From a virus (taxonomy: Duplodnaviria > Caudoviricetes), in the IMG/VR virus record IMGVR_UViG_3300011113_000163, positions 1 to 62,057 of that record: DNA of 62,057 nt; one strand, written 5' to 3'. Under the pieces are notes generated by a model, which saw only the letters and a program-made list of their open reading frames with translations, made no database searches and was not told the DNA's origin. Positions 49,687 through 58,992 of this stretch are shown piece by piece. The first letter of the stretch is position 1; each line of letters begins with the position of its first letter. Both the position numbers and the translations under genes were made by a program.

Positions 49687-50862
49687 ATGTCAGTTAAAAT
49701 TCCTATATGGCCTGGTTCTAGTTCGTTTTATCCCGGACAAACTCCGTTCGGATTATATGACAATGACTATGACTTTCAACTTGAAGCAGACCAAATTGCA
49801 AAATGGTGTGCACAACGTTTAGGTTATCCGTTAAGCGAAATAGAATTACAAGACATACATTTTTATACATGTTTTGAAGAAGCTATATCAGAGTATGGTG
49901 CACAACTAAATGCTTATAACATACGTGATAACATGTTAAACTTGCAAGGAGCAAGTACTTCAAGTAATTTAACTGGTCAAAACATTTCTGCGGGATTAGG
50001 CGGAGTTGTAGCATTGGCAGAAGAGTATGGCGTTGAATCTGGTACTAAAGGCAATGTTACTTGGTATACTGGTAGTATTACAATGACACGTAACAAACAA
50101 ATTTACGATTTAACAGATCCTAACATTGTAAGTTTAGAATCGGGAACGGCTGGACAAACTGAAATTGAAATCAAACGTATTTATCATGAACCACCGCCGG
50201 CATTGGTACGTTTCTTTGATCCATTTATAGGATCAGGTGTAGGTACTCAACAAATGTTAGATGCATTTGGATTTGGTAGTTTTTCGCCCGGCGTATCGTT
50301 TATGATGATGCCTATCTATGCTGATATATTACGTTTGCAAGCAATTGAATTTAACGACTTAGTACGTCGTTCTGCATATTCCTTTGAAATACATAACAAC
50401 CGTATACGTATATTTCCTATACCAGATGGTAATGCATTTAACAAAATATACTTTGAATACATTAAAAAATCAGATCGTAGCAATCCTTTAAAGACAGGTA
50501 ACGGACATAGTACCGGTACTATATCAGATTTTTCAAATGTACCATATGACAATGTTATTTATGGCAATGTTAATAGTGTTGGAAGGCAATGGATACGTAG
50601 ATATGCATTGGCATTGGCAAAGGAAATGTTAGGTTGGGTACGTAGTAAGTATTCTTCTATTCCAATACCAAATGCTGAAATTACATTGAACGGCGGAGAT
50701 TTGATAAGCTCTGCTCAAACAGAAAAAGATGGCTTACTTCAAGAATTGAAAGATATTTTAGATACAATGTCTAGACAATCACAATTAGAACGCAAGCAGG
50801 CAGAAGCAACGGCATTGCAAGGACAAATGAATTTCATACCGCTTAAAATTTATATAGGATAA
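49687..50862 (+). CDS. neck protein, T4 gp13-like
   Basis: RLGYPLSEIEL, WIRRYALALAKEMLG..RSKY, ITLNG..L. Confidence 0.8.
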   Translation: MSVKIPIWPGSSSFYPGQTPFGLYDNDYDFQLEADQIAKWCAQRLGYPLSEIELQDIHFYTCFEEAISEYGAQLNAYNIRDNMLNLQGASTSSNLTGQNISAGLGGVVALAEEYGVESGTKGNVTWYTGSITMTRNKQIYDLTDPNIVSLESGTAGQTEIEIKRIYHEPPPALVRFFDPFIGSGVGTQQMLDAFGFGSFSPGVSFMMMPIYADILRLQAIEFNDLVRRSAYSFEIHNNRIRIFPIPDGNAFNKIYFEYIKKSDRSNPLKTGNGHSTGTISDFSNVPYDNVIYGNVNSVGRQWIRRYALALAKEMLGWVRSKYSSIPIPNAEITLNGGDLISSAQTEKDGLLQELKDILDTMSRQSQLERKQAEATALQGQMNFIPLKIYIG

Positions 50863-50866
50863 TATA

Positions 50867-51400
50867 ATGGCATTGTTTGGTAGCGATAGAGACATGAGTT
50901 TATTTCGTTCTGTTAACAGGGAACTAATAAATCGTTACATAGATACAGAAGTTGTTTTATATAAACTTGCGCTAGCAAACACTGACATAAACATTTACGG
51001 AGAGTCTGATCGTAAAACATATTATCAGCCTGTTCGTATGAATGCATTAGTAACACGCGATGCGACAGCAGCTGTAGATGACGGCTATGGTATTGATAAA
51101 AATCGTAGTGCTACATTTGCATTTTTAAAGCCTGATTTAATTGATAAAAATCTTATGATTGAGATAGGCGACATTATTTATTGGGATATGGAATATTATG
51201 AAGTTGATAATGAGGCGCAGAGCCAAGAACATATTGCGGGCCGTAATGAATATACAGATATAGCCGCCGGCGAACGTGGAATATTTGGTATGGATCTATC
51301 CGTTATTATTGAAGCACATATAACAAGAATCAACGGATTAAATATAATAGAAACAAGATCTGGCACATCAGTTGTTAGTTCTAAACCTAGGAACTTGTAA
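50867..51400 (+). CDS. neck / head completion protein, T4 gp14-like
   Basis: ELINRYI..V.LY, IYGE, IGDIIY..YYEV; position between gp13- and gp15-like genes. Confidence 0.65.
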   Translation: MALFGSDRDMSLFRSVNRELINRYIDTEVVLYKLALANTDINIYGESDRKTYYQPVRMNALVTRDATAAVDDGYGIDKNRSATFAFLKPDLIDKNLMIEIGDIIYWDMEYYEVDNEAQSQEHIAGRNEYTDIAAGERGIFGMDLSVIIEAHITRINGLNIIETRSGTSVVSSKPRNL

Positions 51401-52236
51401 TGGCTAAACCAGAATTAAAAAGAACGTATAGTACATTTACAGATAATATCAAGCTTAGTCGTGCCGATGAAATACGTCGTGATAATGATGTTATTAGGAC
51501 GCCTAAGTGTACTATCTACGATGTAGACTATGCAATTATATCATATCTACGTGATGTCATTCAACCGCAAGTTGTAGAGCATGAAAAGATAATAGATGTT
51601 CCTATAAAATATGCTAGCGGGGAAAAATGGTCATCTGTTCGTGCACGTGGATACATGTTAGATCAATCGGGTAAATTAATGACGCCGGTTATTGCCGTAC
51701 GCCGTAATAGTATTACAGAACGAGATACATTAAAAAAATTAGATGTAAACTGGAATCCGGTTAGTACAAATGATTATGCACGTAATACATTAACATTTCA
51801 AAGTAAGTATACACGTAAAAACCAATATGACCGATTTTCGGTTACACAGAATACTAGACCTTCACGTGAATTGTATGTATCATCTATACCAGAGTATATT
51901 GATGTATCATATGAATTAGCAATATGGACACAGTATAACGAACAGATGAATAGTGTTATTGAACAAATTATGCCAACCGGAGGATTTGCCTGGGGTACAA
52001 CATGGAAGTTTGTAACACAGATACAAGATTATACGTTCGAACAAAGTAACGGACCGGGTGAGGAACGTATTGTAAGAGCCACATTGCCGATCAATGTAAA
52101 AGCGACATTAATAATGCCATACGAATTACATCGATCTAGCATGGTTAAACAGTTTTCAGTTAAACGTATTACATTTGGTAGTGAGACTGAAAGCTTTAAT
52201 GTTAATGTCACAGATCCACCACCGAACGGATATTGA
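51400..52236 (+). CDS. tail terminator / sheath stabiliser, T4 gp15-like
   Basis: VPIKYASGEKW, PEYIDVSYELAIWT..QMNSVIEQI. Confidence 0.7.
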   Translation: MAKPELKRTYSTFTDNIKLSRADEIRRDNDVIRTPKCTIYDVDYAIISYLRDVIQPQVVEHEKIIDVPIKYASGEKWSSVRARGYMLDQSGKLMTPVIAVRRNSITERDTLKKLDVNWNPVSTNDYARNTLTFQSKYTRKNQYDRFSVTQNTRPSRELYVSSIPEYIDVSYELAIWTQYNEQMNSVIEQIMPTGGFAWGTTWKFVTQIQDYTFEQSNGPGEERIVRATLPINVKATLIMPYELHRSSMVKQFSVKRITFGSETESFNVNVTDPPPNGY

Positions 52237-52239
52237 TAC

Positions 52240-52247
52240 ATATTTAT
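52240..52247 (+). promoter_or_regulatory. putative late promoter ATATTTAT
   Basis: recurrent intergenic motif. Confidence 0.65.
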
Positions 52248-52273
52248 ATAAAACTTTATAACTGGATTAAAAT

Positions 52274-55195
52274 ATGCCACTTACCCTACGATTAGTAAAA
52301 GGATCGGAATTAACATATGCCGAATTAGACGGTAACTTCACGTTTATAACGGGTAGTTTTACGCCGTTATCTATAACAAGTTCTATGTCAGTTGCAACTG
52401 CAAGTAATATTACTCCTGCAATTGCAAGTAACGGAAATGATAGAATTATTACAAGTGACGGAGATGGTACTGTAACTGCTGAAGCTAATTTTACTTTTAA
52501 TGGTAGTACTGCTAGAATAACCGGATCATTGATAGTATCTAGCTCAGTTAACGTAATTGGAACTAGTTTAATAACTGGCTCATTATCATTGCTAGGTAAT
52601 AGTTCAATTATCGGTAATGAAACATTGACCGGCGGCGTTACTGCGACCGGAGGATTTACAGGTTCATTGATAGGAACAGCGACTACTGCTAGTAATATTA
52701 CACCTGCTATTGCATCAGACGCAGTTAACAGAGTATTAACTAGTGATGGCGACGGTACCGTAACTGCAGAAGCCAATTTAACATTTGACGGTAATGCATT
52801 ATTAGTAACAGGATCATTGACAGTATCTGGTTCTAATACATTACGTAATATAGGTCCTGCGAGATTTAAGGGCGATACACTTAATACTGCAACTATCACA
52901 GCATTAGAAATTACCGGAGGTCTACAAGTATCCGCTAGTATTGATTCTGTCAATAGATATTTGTATAATAGTTCTAGTGTTGTTACGGTAGAGTGGGATG
53001 CGGGTAAATTAAAACATCAATCAAATGGCACTTCTGTTGATTGGATGTCATATTTGTTAAAAAGATCAAGTGGCACTACTGTTGCTAACTGGGATAATAC
53101 ATCTTTATATGATTATTCCGGCGGCGTAAGTGTCGATTGGGGTGGACGACAATTGGCTGATACTTCTGGTATTACATCAATACATTGGGGAAATAGATAT
53201 GCATTATATTCATCTGGATTAAATGCATTTAACTGGGGAACGCCAGGTAAAATATTTATGTCTGGCAGTGTTATATTGACAGGATCTTTATTAGTATCGG
53301 GGTCAGGTACATTGACAAATATAGGACCTGCGCGGTTTAGAAGTAAAGTCACAAACGATGGCACAGTAACAGCACTTGAAATTACAGGCGGTTTACAAGT
53401 ATCAGAAAGTATAAATTCTATCGACAGGCGTTTATATTCAACCGGAACTGTTAATTCTATCGATTGGGGCAATCGTTATTTATATGCCGACGACGGAGCA
53501 ACTGCTGTTGTAAATTGGTATAATTTAAGATTATTTGATGCAGGAGCACTTGCATCAGTAGATTGGTCTGGTAGAACATTACTTAATTCAGCCGAATCAC
53601 CTACAATTGATTGGGAATCACTTTTATTAAGTGATGACACTGGAGCTTCAAGTATTGGTTGGAATAACCGTCGATTATTTTATAGAAATGGAAATGTTGC
53701 TGCGGATTGGAATACTAACAATCAAGTAAAATTTAACGTTTCGCAAAGCTTTATAGTATCAGCATCGACTCAAGGGGCTACTGCAAGTTTAGGAGTTGTG
53801 TATGGCGGACAAGCTGCAACTTGGTATGATGTTGCATTGAATTCAAAAATAAATACTGGCGCAAGTTCATCATTAGTAGTTAGTAAATACATAACATTAA
53901 CTCCTTCGGATACGTTTACAACAATAATTAACGGCGATACAGAAATGTATGCCAAAAACCAAACTAGGATATATGACAATGCCAGTAATAACGCAGCTGT
54001 TCTTATTGATCCAGCTACAGCATTGGCAAGTACATTAACTGTAGCAGGTCTTGCAAAATTTGCAAATGGAGTAAAAGTTACTGGTTCATTGAGTGTATCA
54101 GGGTCGGGTACATTAACAAATATAGGACCTGCAAGATTTAGAAGTACTACTACAAATTCTGCAACAACAACGGCATTGGAAATAACTGGTGGTTTGCAAG
54201 TGTCTGCTAGTATTGATTCTGTTAATAGATACTTAATAGATAATGGAAGTGTTAATTCAATATCATGGAACAACCGCCGTTTAGTAGACACCTCAGGTAA
54301 TACTGTTGCAGATTGGAATGCACTTACATTAACCGACACTATCGGTAATCCAAGCTTGGATTGGGGAAATAGAGCTTTGTACGACTCTACCAATAATACA
54401 AGCGTAGATTGGGGAAGTTACGCACTAAACGATTCTAATACAGTAGCATCTATAGATTGGTCCGGTCGTAGAATATACGATTCTGCTAGTATTGTATCTA
54501 TAGGGTATAATACTCGTACGTTAACTGACGATGTGAATGTAACCTCTATAGATTGGAAAAACAGAACACTTAAAAATGCTTCCAATATAACATTGGTTGA
54601 TTATGCAGCTGGTGATTTATATGATATGGCAGGTAAAAAGTCAATTGACTGGACAGGCGGCGGCGGTGCACGTACATTATATGATGCGAATGCAAGTGCG
54701 TCTATAGATTGGGCAAACCGTCAAATAAAAGGCGAACAACCTGCGGGAGTATCGTATGCAAAGATTGATTACGGCACTGCATATTCAACAACCATCCAAT
54801 CGATATCAGGCTCTGGTGCAACTTCAACGACTGCTAGCATTGTAGTAAGTAACAATCATAATACAGATAATAATGGTGGAGTATTAATAAGTTCTTATAT
54901 AGGAACTCAAGGTTCTACATTAGCAGTAGGTAAGGGAGTAAATATAAACAGTGCCGCCGGAATGACAATAACCGCTGGTAACAGTTTAATAATAACCGGA
55001 AGTTCGACTGTAACTGCAACAACAAATATTTCATCTAGTTATAATGCGCCAGTAACGTTAAATAATATACTTACTATGACACCAGTTAGTACGTTGCCTA
55101 ATGGATTACCGACGGGATCGTTTTTAGTATCAGGATCAGGTGCAAGTTGTAAGCCGTATTTTTGGAACGGAGCTACATGGACAGCCTTATTCTAA
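52274..55195 (+). CDS. repeat-rich fibre protein
   Basis: N-terminal LRLVKGSELTYAELDGNF; many (S/T)(I/V)DWxxRxL repeats; triplicated NIGPARF..TALEITGGLQVS module. Confidence 0.7.
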   Translation: MPLTLRLVKGSELTYAELDGNFTFITGSFTPLSITSSMSVATASNITPAIASNGNDRIITSDGDGTVTAEANFTFNGSTARITGSLIVSSSVNVIGTSLITGSLSLLGNSSIIGNETLTGGVTATGGFTGSLIGTATTASNITPAIASDAVNRVLTSDGDGTVTAEANLTFDGNALLVTGSLTVSGSNTLRNIGPARFKGDTLNTATITALEITGGLQVSASIDSVNRYLYNSSSVVTVEWDAGKLKHQSNGTSVDWMSYLLKRSSGTTVANWDNTSLYDYSGGVSVDWGGRQLADTSGITSIHWGNRYALYSSGLNAFNWGTPGKIFMSGSVILTGSLLVSGSGTLTNIGPARFRSKVTNDGTVTALEITGGLQVSESINSIDRRLYSTGTVNSIDWGNRYLYADDGATAVVNWYNLRLFDAGALASVDWSGRTLLNSAESPTIDWESLLLSDDTGASSIGWNNRRLFYRNGNVAADWNTNNQVKFNVSQSFIVSASTQGATASLGVVYGGQAATWYDVALNSKINTGASSSLVVSKYITLTPSDTFTTIINGDTEMYAKNQTRIYDNASNNAAVLIDPATALASTLTVAGLAKFANGVKVTGSLSVSGSGTLTNIGPARFRSTTTNSATTTALEITGGLQVSASIDSVNRYLIDNGSVNSISWNNRRLVDTSGNTVADWNALTLTDTIGNPSLDWGNRALYDSTNNTSVDWGSYALNDSNTVASIDWSGRRIYDSASIVSIGYNTRTLTDDVNVTSIDWKNRTLKNASNITLVDYAAGDLYDMAGKKSIDWTGGGGARTLYDANASASIDWANRQIKGEQPAGVSYAKIDYGTAYSTTIQSISGSGATSTTASIVVSNNHNTDNNGGVLISSYIGTQGSTLAVGKGVNINSAAGMTITAGNSLIITGSSTVTATTNISSSYNAPVTLNNILTMTPVSTLPNGLPTGSFLVSGSGASCKPYFWNGATWTALF

Positions 55196-55207
55196 TTACC
55201 GGTCAAC

Positions 55208-55215
55208 ATATTTAT
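55208..55215 (+). promoter_or_regulatory. putative late promoter ATATTTAT
   Basis: recurrent intergenic motif. Confidence 0.65.
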
Positions 55216-55238
55216 ATTAAATTAATAAAGGAATAGTT

Positions 55239-55520
55239 ATGTCAGAAACAAAAAAATTTACACCCGAAGAACTTCAAATGTTAACAGACCTTCGTAAACG
55301 CTACGAATCCAAAGTTACAGAATTTGGTCAGTTAGAATTAGAAATTATGCTAACAGATCAACATGTTGAAGAATTGAAAAAAGCAAAAGTACAAATACAA
55401 CAAGATTATCGTGATCTTCAAGAAGAAGAACGCAAATTACTTGAAACATTTAACTTAAAGTACGGCGCTGGGACGGTAGATGTCGCTACCGGAGAATTTA
55501 CTCCTAATGCAGCACAATAA
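55239..55520 (+). CDS. small coiled-coil protein
   Basis: 93 aa, ending KYGAGTVDVATGEF; has ATATTTAT and AAAGGA upstream. Confidence 0.6.
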   Translation: MSETKKFTPEELQMLTDLRKRYESKVTEFGQLELEIMLTDQHVEELKKAKVQIQQDYRDLQEEERKLLETFNLKYGAGTVDVATGEFTPNAAQ

Positions 55521-55544
55521 CATAGTGTTTGGCAATTTGCTTCG

Positions 55545-55552
55545 ATATTTAT
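55545..55552 (+). promoter_or_regulatory. putative late promoter ATATTTAT (sheath)
   Basis: recurrent intergenic motif. Confidence 0.65.
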
Positions 55553-55587
55553 ATGAAACATGTTAATAACAATTTAGGAGCAAACTA

Positions 55588-57369
55588 ATGGCTGAAAAAA
55601 TTATATCTCCCGGAGTATTTACGAATGAAGTAGATCAATCGTTTTTACCTGCGGGAGTTGCTGCAATTGGAGCTGCAATTATAGGACCTACTGCAAAAGG
55701 CCCTGCTGGTATTCCTACTCAAGTAACTAGTTACTCAGAGTTTGTACAAATATTTGGCGGAGCATTTACAAGCGGTTCTGCAGCGGTTGAAGCTGATTAC
55801 AAATATTTAACTAACTATGCAGCACAAGAGTATTTAAAATATGCGGATACATTGACTGTAGTACGTATTTTAGCTGGCACATATGGACCGGCGACATCAT
55901 ACGTAACTCAATCAATTGGATCTGGCTACTCATTTAAATTAACTACATTGGCAGACGGTGCTATTTTAAACAGCGGTCAGGCAAGTGCAGTTACTTTAGG
56001 AAGAGGATTAGGGTCAGACCAAGGTATTAATGGTATACTTGTAAGTGGAAGTGCTAATAATTTACGTTGGGAAGTATCAAATGTAAACAATGCAAAAGGT
56101 ACATTTACATTATTACTTCGCCGTGGTGATGATACCAATCGTAGAAAAACAATCGTTGAACAGTTCAATAATTTAACATTGGATCCTAATTCCCCAAATT
56201 TTATTTCACGTGTAATTGGAGACCAAGTATATACATTACGTGATAGCGGCACATCAGATCCATTTCTTCAATTGTCTGGATCATTCCCTAACAAATCAAG
56301 TTATGTACGTGTTAGTGAAGTTAAAACAACTTTAAATTATTTAGATTCAAATGGTCGTGTACGTGTTGGAGCAGCTTCTGCATCGCTTCCGTCGGCAGTA
56401 TCGGGAACATTTGCACAAGGAAGTGATGGTAATGTAACTCATCCAATTGCATTCTTTGAAACTATTAGCAATACTAATACGCAAGGATTTAACTTAGCCA
56501 ACGCAAATGATGGATTAAATGCATATGTTGATGCTATTCGTTTATTGAAAAACCAAGACGAATATGATATTAACTTGTTAGTATTACCTGGATTGGTTGA
56601 TAACTATACAAATCATGCTGCTGTTATTTCTGAAGCAGTAAGTATGGTAGAAGATCGCGGTGATTGCTTCTTAGTTTATGATCCAGTAGAGTATGGGGCT
56701 TCATTATCGCAAGCAACTACAGTTGCCGACGGCCGTGATAGTAACTATGCTGCAATTTATTGGCCATGGGTTAAAATTCCAGATAACGATCTAGGAAAGA
56801 ATGTATGGGTTCCTGCATCTGCATTGATACCAGGAGTATATGCATTTAATGACCGAGTAGCTGCTCCATGGTTTGCACCTGCAGGTTTAAATCGTGGTGG
56901 AATTGACATTGCAATTCAAACAGAACGTAAATTAACATTGGCAAATAGAGATACTTTATATGATGCATCTGTAAATCCGATTGCAACTTTCCCTAATAAC
57001 GGAGTTGTTGTATTTGGTCAAAAGACATTGCAAAAGAAAGCATCTGCATTGGATCGTGTAAATGTACGTCGTTTATTGATTGCTGCTAAGAAGTTTATTG
57101 CTTCAAGTACCAAGTATTTAGTATTTGAAAACAATACGGCAGCAACAAGAAACAGATTCTTAAGTATTGTTAATCCATACTTTGATAATATCCAACAACG
57201 TCAAGGTTTATATGCCTTTAAAGTTGTAATGGATGAAACAAATAATACTCCTGATGTAATTGATAGAAATGAAATGAGAGGAGCAATTTATCTTCAACCT
57301 GCTAAAACGGCTGAATTTATTATTGTTGATTTCAATATTCTACCAACAGGTGCTAGTTTCCCAGAATAG
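55588..57369 (+). CDS. tail sheath protein, T4 gp18-like
   Basis: SPGVFTNEVDQS, PWFAPAGLNRG, FGQKTL, DRVNVRRL, FENN. Confidence 0.95.
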   Translation: MAEKIISPGVFTNEVDQSFLPAGVAAIGAAIIGPTAKGPAGIPTQVTSYSEFVQIFGGAFTSGSAAVEADYKYLTNYAAQEYLKYADTLTVVRILAGTYGPATSYVTQSIGSGYSFKLTTLADGAILNSGQASAVTLGRGLGSDQGINGILVSGSANNLRWEVSNVNNAKGTFTLLLRRGDDTNRRKTIVEQFNNLTLDPNSPNFISRVIGDQVYTLRDSGTSDPFLQLSGSFPNKSSYVRVSEVKTTLNYLDSNGRVRVGAASASLPSAVSGTFAQGSDGNVTHPIAFFETISNTNTQGFNLANANDGLNAYVDAIRLLKNQDEYDINLLVLPGLVDNYTNHAAVISEAVSMVEDRGDCFLVYDPVEYGASLSQATTVADGRDSNYAAIYWPWVKIPDNDLGKNVWVPASALIPGVYAFNDRVAAPWFAPAGLNRGGIDIAIQTERKLTLANRDTLYDASVNPIATFPNNGVVVFGQKTLQKKASALDRVNVRRLLIAAKKFIASSTKYLVFENNTAATRNRFLSIVNPYFDNIQQRQGLYAFKVVMDETNNTPDVIDRNEMRGAIYLQPAKTAEFIIVDFNILPTGASFPE

Positions 57370-57385
57370 GATTTTAGCAAAGTAG

Positions 57386-57393
57386 ATATTTAT
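57386..57393 (+). promoter_or_regulatory. putative late promoter ATATTTAT (tube)
   Basis: recurrent intergenic motif. Confidence 0.65.
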
Positions 57394-57414
57394 AAGAAAT
57401 AATAGGATAAGAAA

Positions 57415-57903
57415 ATGGCAGAATTATTAGATCCAAGCGAAATATTTTATACCGCGTATGAGCCGAAAATGGCAAACCGCTTCATTATGTACATTGAAGG
57501 AATTCCTGCATACCTTATTAAGGCAGCAAGTCGTCCAAGTATTGACCAAGGTGAAGTGATTCTAGATCATATCAACGTAGAACGCAAGTTAAAAGGTAAA
57601 AGCCGTTGGCAAGATGTTACCGTAACATTATATGACCCAGTTGTTCCGTCAGGCGCACAAGCGGTAATGGAATGGGTACGTTTGCACCACGAGTCTGTAA
57701 CCGGACGTGATGGTTATAGTGACTTTTATAAAAAGAACATTACTTTCAATACTTTAGGACCGGTGGGTGATAAGGTTGAAGAATGGACTTTGATAGGAGC
57801 ATTTATTTCATCTGCAACGTTTGGTGATATGGATTGGGCGACTGAAGATCCAGTTAACATCGAGCTTACGCTGAAGTATGACTATGCCATTTTACAATTT
57901 TAA
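57415..57903 (+). CDS. tail tube protein, T4 gp19-like
   Basis: follows sheath; EPKMANRF, WQDVTVTLYD, YKKNI, WTLIGAF, LTLKYD. Confidence 0.88.
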   Translation: MAELLDPSEIFYTAYEPKMANRFIMYIEGIPAYLIKAASRPSIDQGEVILDHINVERKLKGKSRWQDVTVTLYDPVVPSGAQAVMEWVRLHHESVTGRDGYSDFYKKNITFNTLGPVGDKVEEWTLIGAFISSATFGDMDWATEDPVNIELTLKYDYAILQF

Positions 57904-57931
57904 TGGCAATCATATTTGGAAGTTAGAATTT

Positions 57932-57971
57932 AAATCCTTATATTTATTAGAAATAATAAGTATAAGGATTT
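57932..57971 (+). promoter_or_regulatory. 18-bp hairpin containing ATATTTAT in the 5' arm and the HNH SD in the 3' arm
   Basis: AAATCCTTATATTTATTA-GAAA-TAATAAGTATAAGGATTT, one G.U pair. Confidence 0.75.
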
Positions 57972-57975
57972 TTTT

Positions 57976-58668
57976 ATGACCGAATTTACATGTACTGCCT
58001 GTAATCGCAAATTCAATAGTTACAAGAGTCTACAGACCCATAATTCCAGGACACATAAAATAAAAGGAATACAGACCTTTATTAATGTATATCACGGCGG
58101 TATTCATCCAAAATGTAAATGCGGCTGTGATCAAGAACTAAACTATCAGAACGGTAAGTTTGGTGAATACATTCGAGGACATGTAGCCAGAGTTAACGGA
58201 GGCTTTTATACGGAAGAAGGTATCAATAAGTCAACCGAAACTCGTAGGCAGCAGTATAAAGACGGTACACGTATGCAATGGAATGCCGGTAAACAAATGA
58301 CAGATAATTGGCTAGCTACTTATAAAATAGGATGGAAAAAACGTGGCGTAGAATGGAAACAATCGTTACGTGAAACTAGAGCCAAGCAACTCGGATACGA
58401 ATCCTGGCGGCATTGGTATGATACTCTACCAGACCGTAAACGCTATTACTACGATGTATGGAGATTGACAGAAGCCAATGCACACCTCATACCAGGATAT
58501 GATCCAGAACTACGAGGAATTGCCGGTACTGAAGGAGCCTATCAAATTGATCATGTTATTCCAATATCTAAAGGATATACAGAAAGCATGCCTCCGGACA
58601 TTATTGCTTCGCCAGAAAATTTAAGATTTATTTCGTGGCAAGAAAATTTACAAAAGGGAAATCGCTGA
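57976..58668 (+). CDS. free-standing HNH homing endonuclease with N-terminal C2H2 zinc finger
   Basis: CTACNRKF..L..H...H finger; CKCGC; C-terminal IDHVIPISKG..NLRFISWQEN..K. Confidence 0.8.
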   Translation: MTEFTCTACNRKFNSYKSLQTHNSRTHKIKGIQTFINVYHGGIHPKCKCGCDQELNYQNGKFGEYIRGHVARVNGGFYTEEGINKSTETRRQQYKDGTRMQWNAGKQMTDNWLATYKIGWKKRGVEWKQSLRETRAKQLGYESWRHWYDTLPDRKRYYYDVWRLTEANAHLIPGYDPELRGIAGTEGAYQIDHVIPISKGYTESMPPDIIASPENLRFISWQENLQKGNR

Positions 58669-58673
58669 CCCAT

Positions 58674-58681
58674 ATATTTAT
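58674..58681 (+). promoter_or_regulatory. putative late promoter ATATTTAT
   Basis: recurrent motif, 5 nt before ATG. Confidence 0.6.
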
Positions 58682-58686
58682 ATAAA

Positions 58687-58950
58687 ATGAAAAAGAACGT
58701 TGATCCTATAGAACATTACGGTACTAAAATTAATGAAGCTATATCTCTTGCTGCTTTATTAGGTACTGGTGTAGCCGCAATATTATACGGTAAAAAACTT
58801 TACGATGCTATAAAGGCAGTACGTAAAAAGTTCGACAATGATCCAGAGATTGAAGCCGCGGCAGATGACATGCTTAAACAAGCAGAACGCCTTAAAGATA
58901 CGGCAGAACGAAAAGTTTCAGAACGTGATAAACGTCATACAAAACGATAA
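58687..58950 (+). CDS. small protein with hydrophobic helix after KINE
   Basis: 87-aa ORF, AISLAALLGTGVAAILYG. Confidence 0.55.
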   Translation: MKKNVDPIEHYGTKINEAISLAALLGTGVAAILYGKKLYDAIKAVRKKFDNDPEIEAAADDMLKQAERLKDTAERKVSERDKRHTKR

Positions 58951-58955
58951 ATACC

Positions 58956-58963
58956 ATATTTAT
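58956..58963 (+). promoter_or_regulatory. putative late promoter ATATTTAT
   Basis: recurrent intergenic motif. Confidence 0.65.
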
Positions 58964-58992
58964 TAAAAATAAAGTTATATAAAAAGGAAAAT

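Noticed and set aside
43760-55195. Diversity-generating retroelement or invertible fibre cassette
   Set aside because: No reverse transcriptase or recombinase here, and repeats differ at third codon positions rather than specifically at adenines
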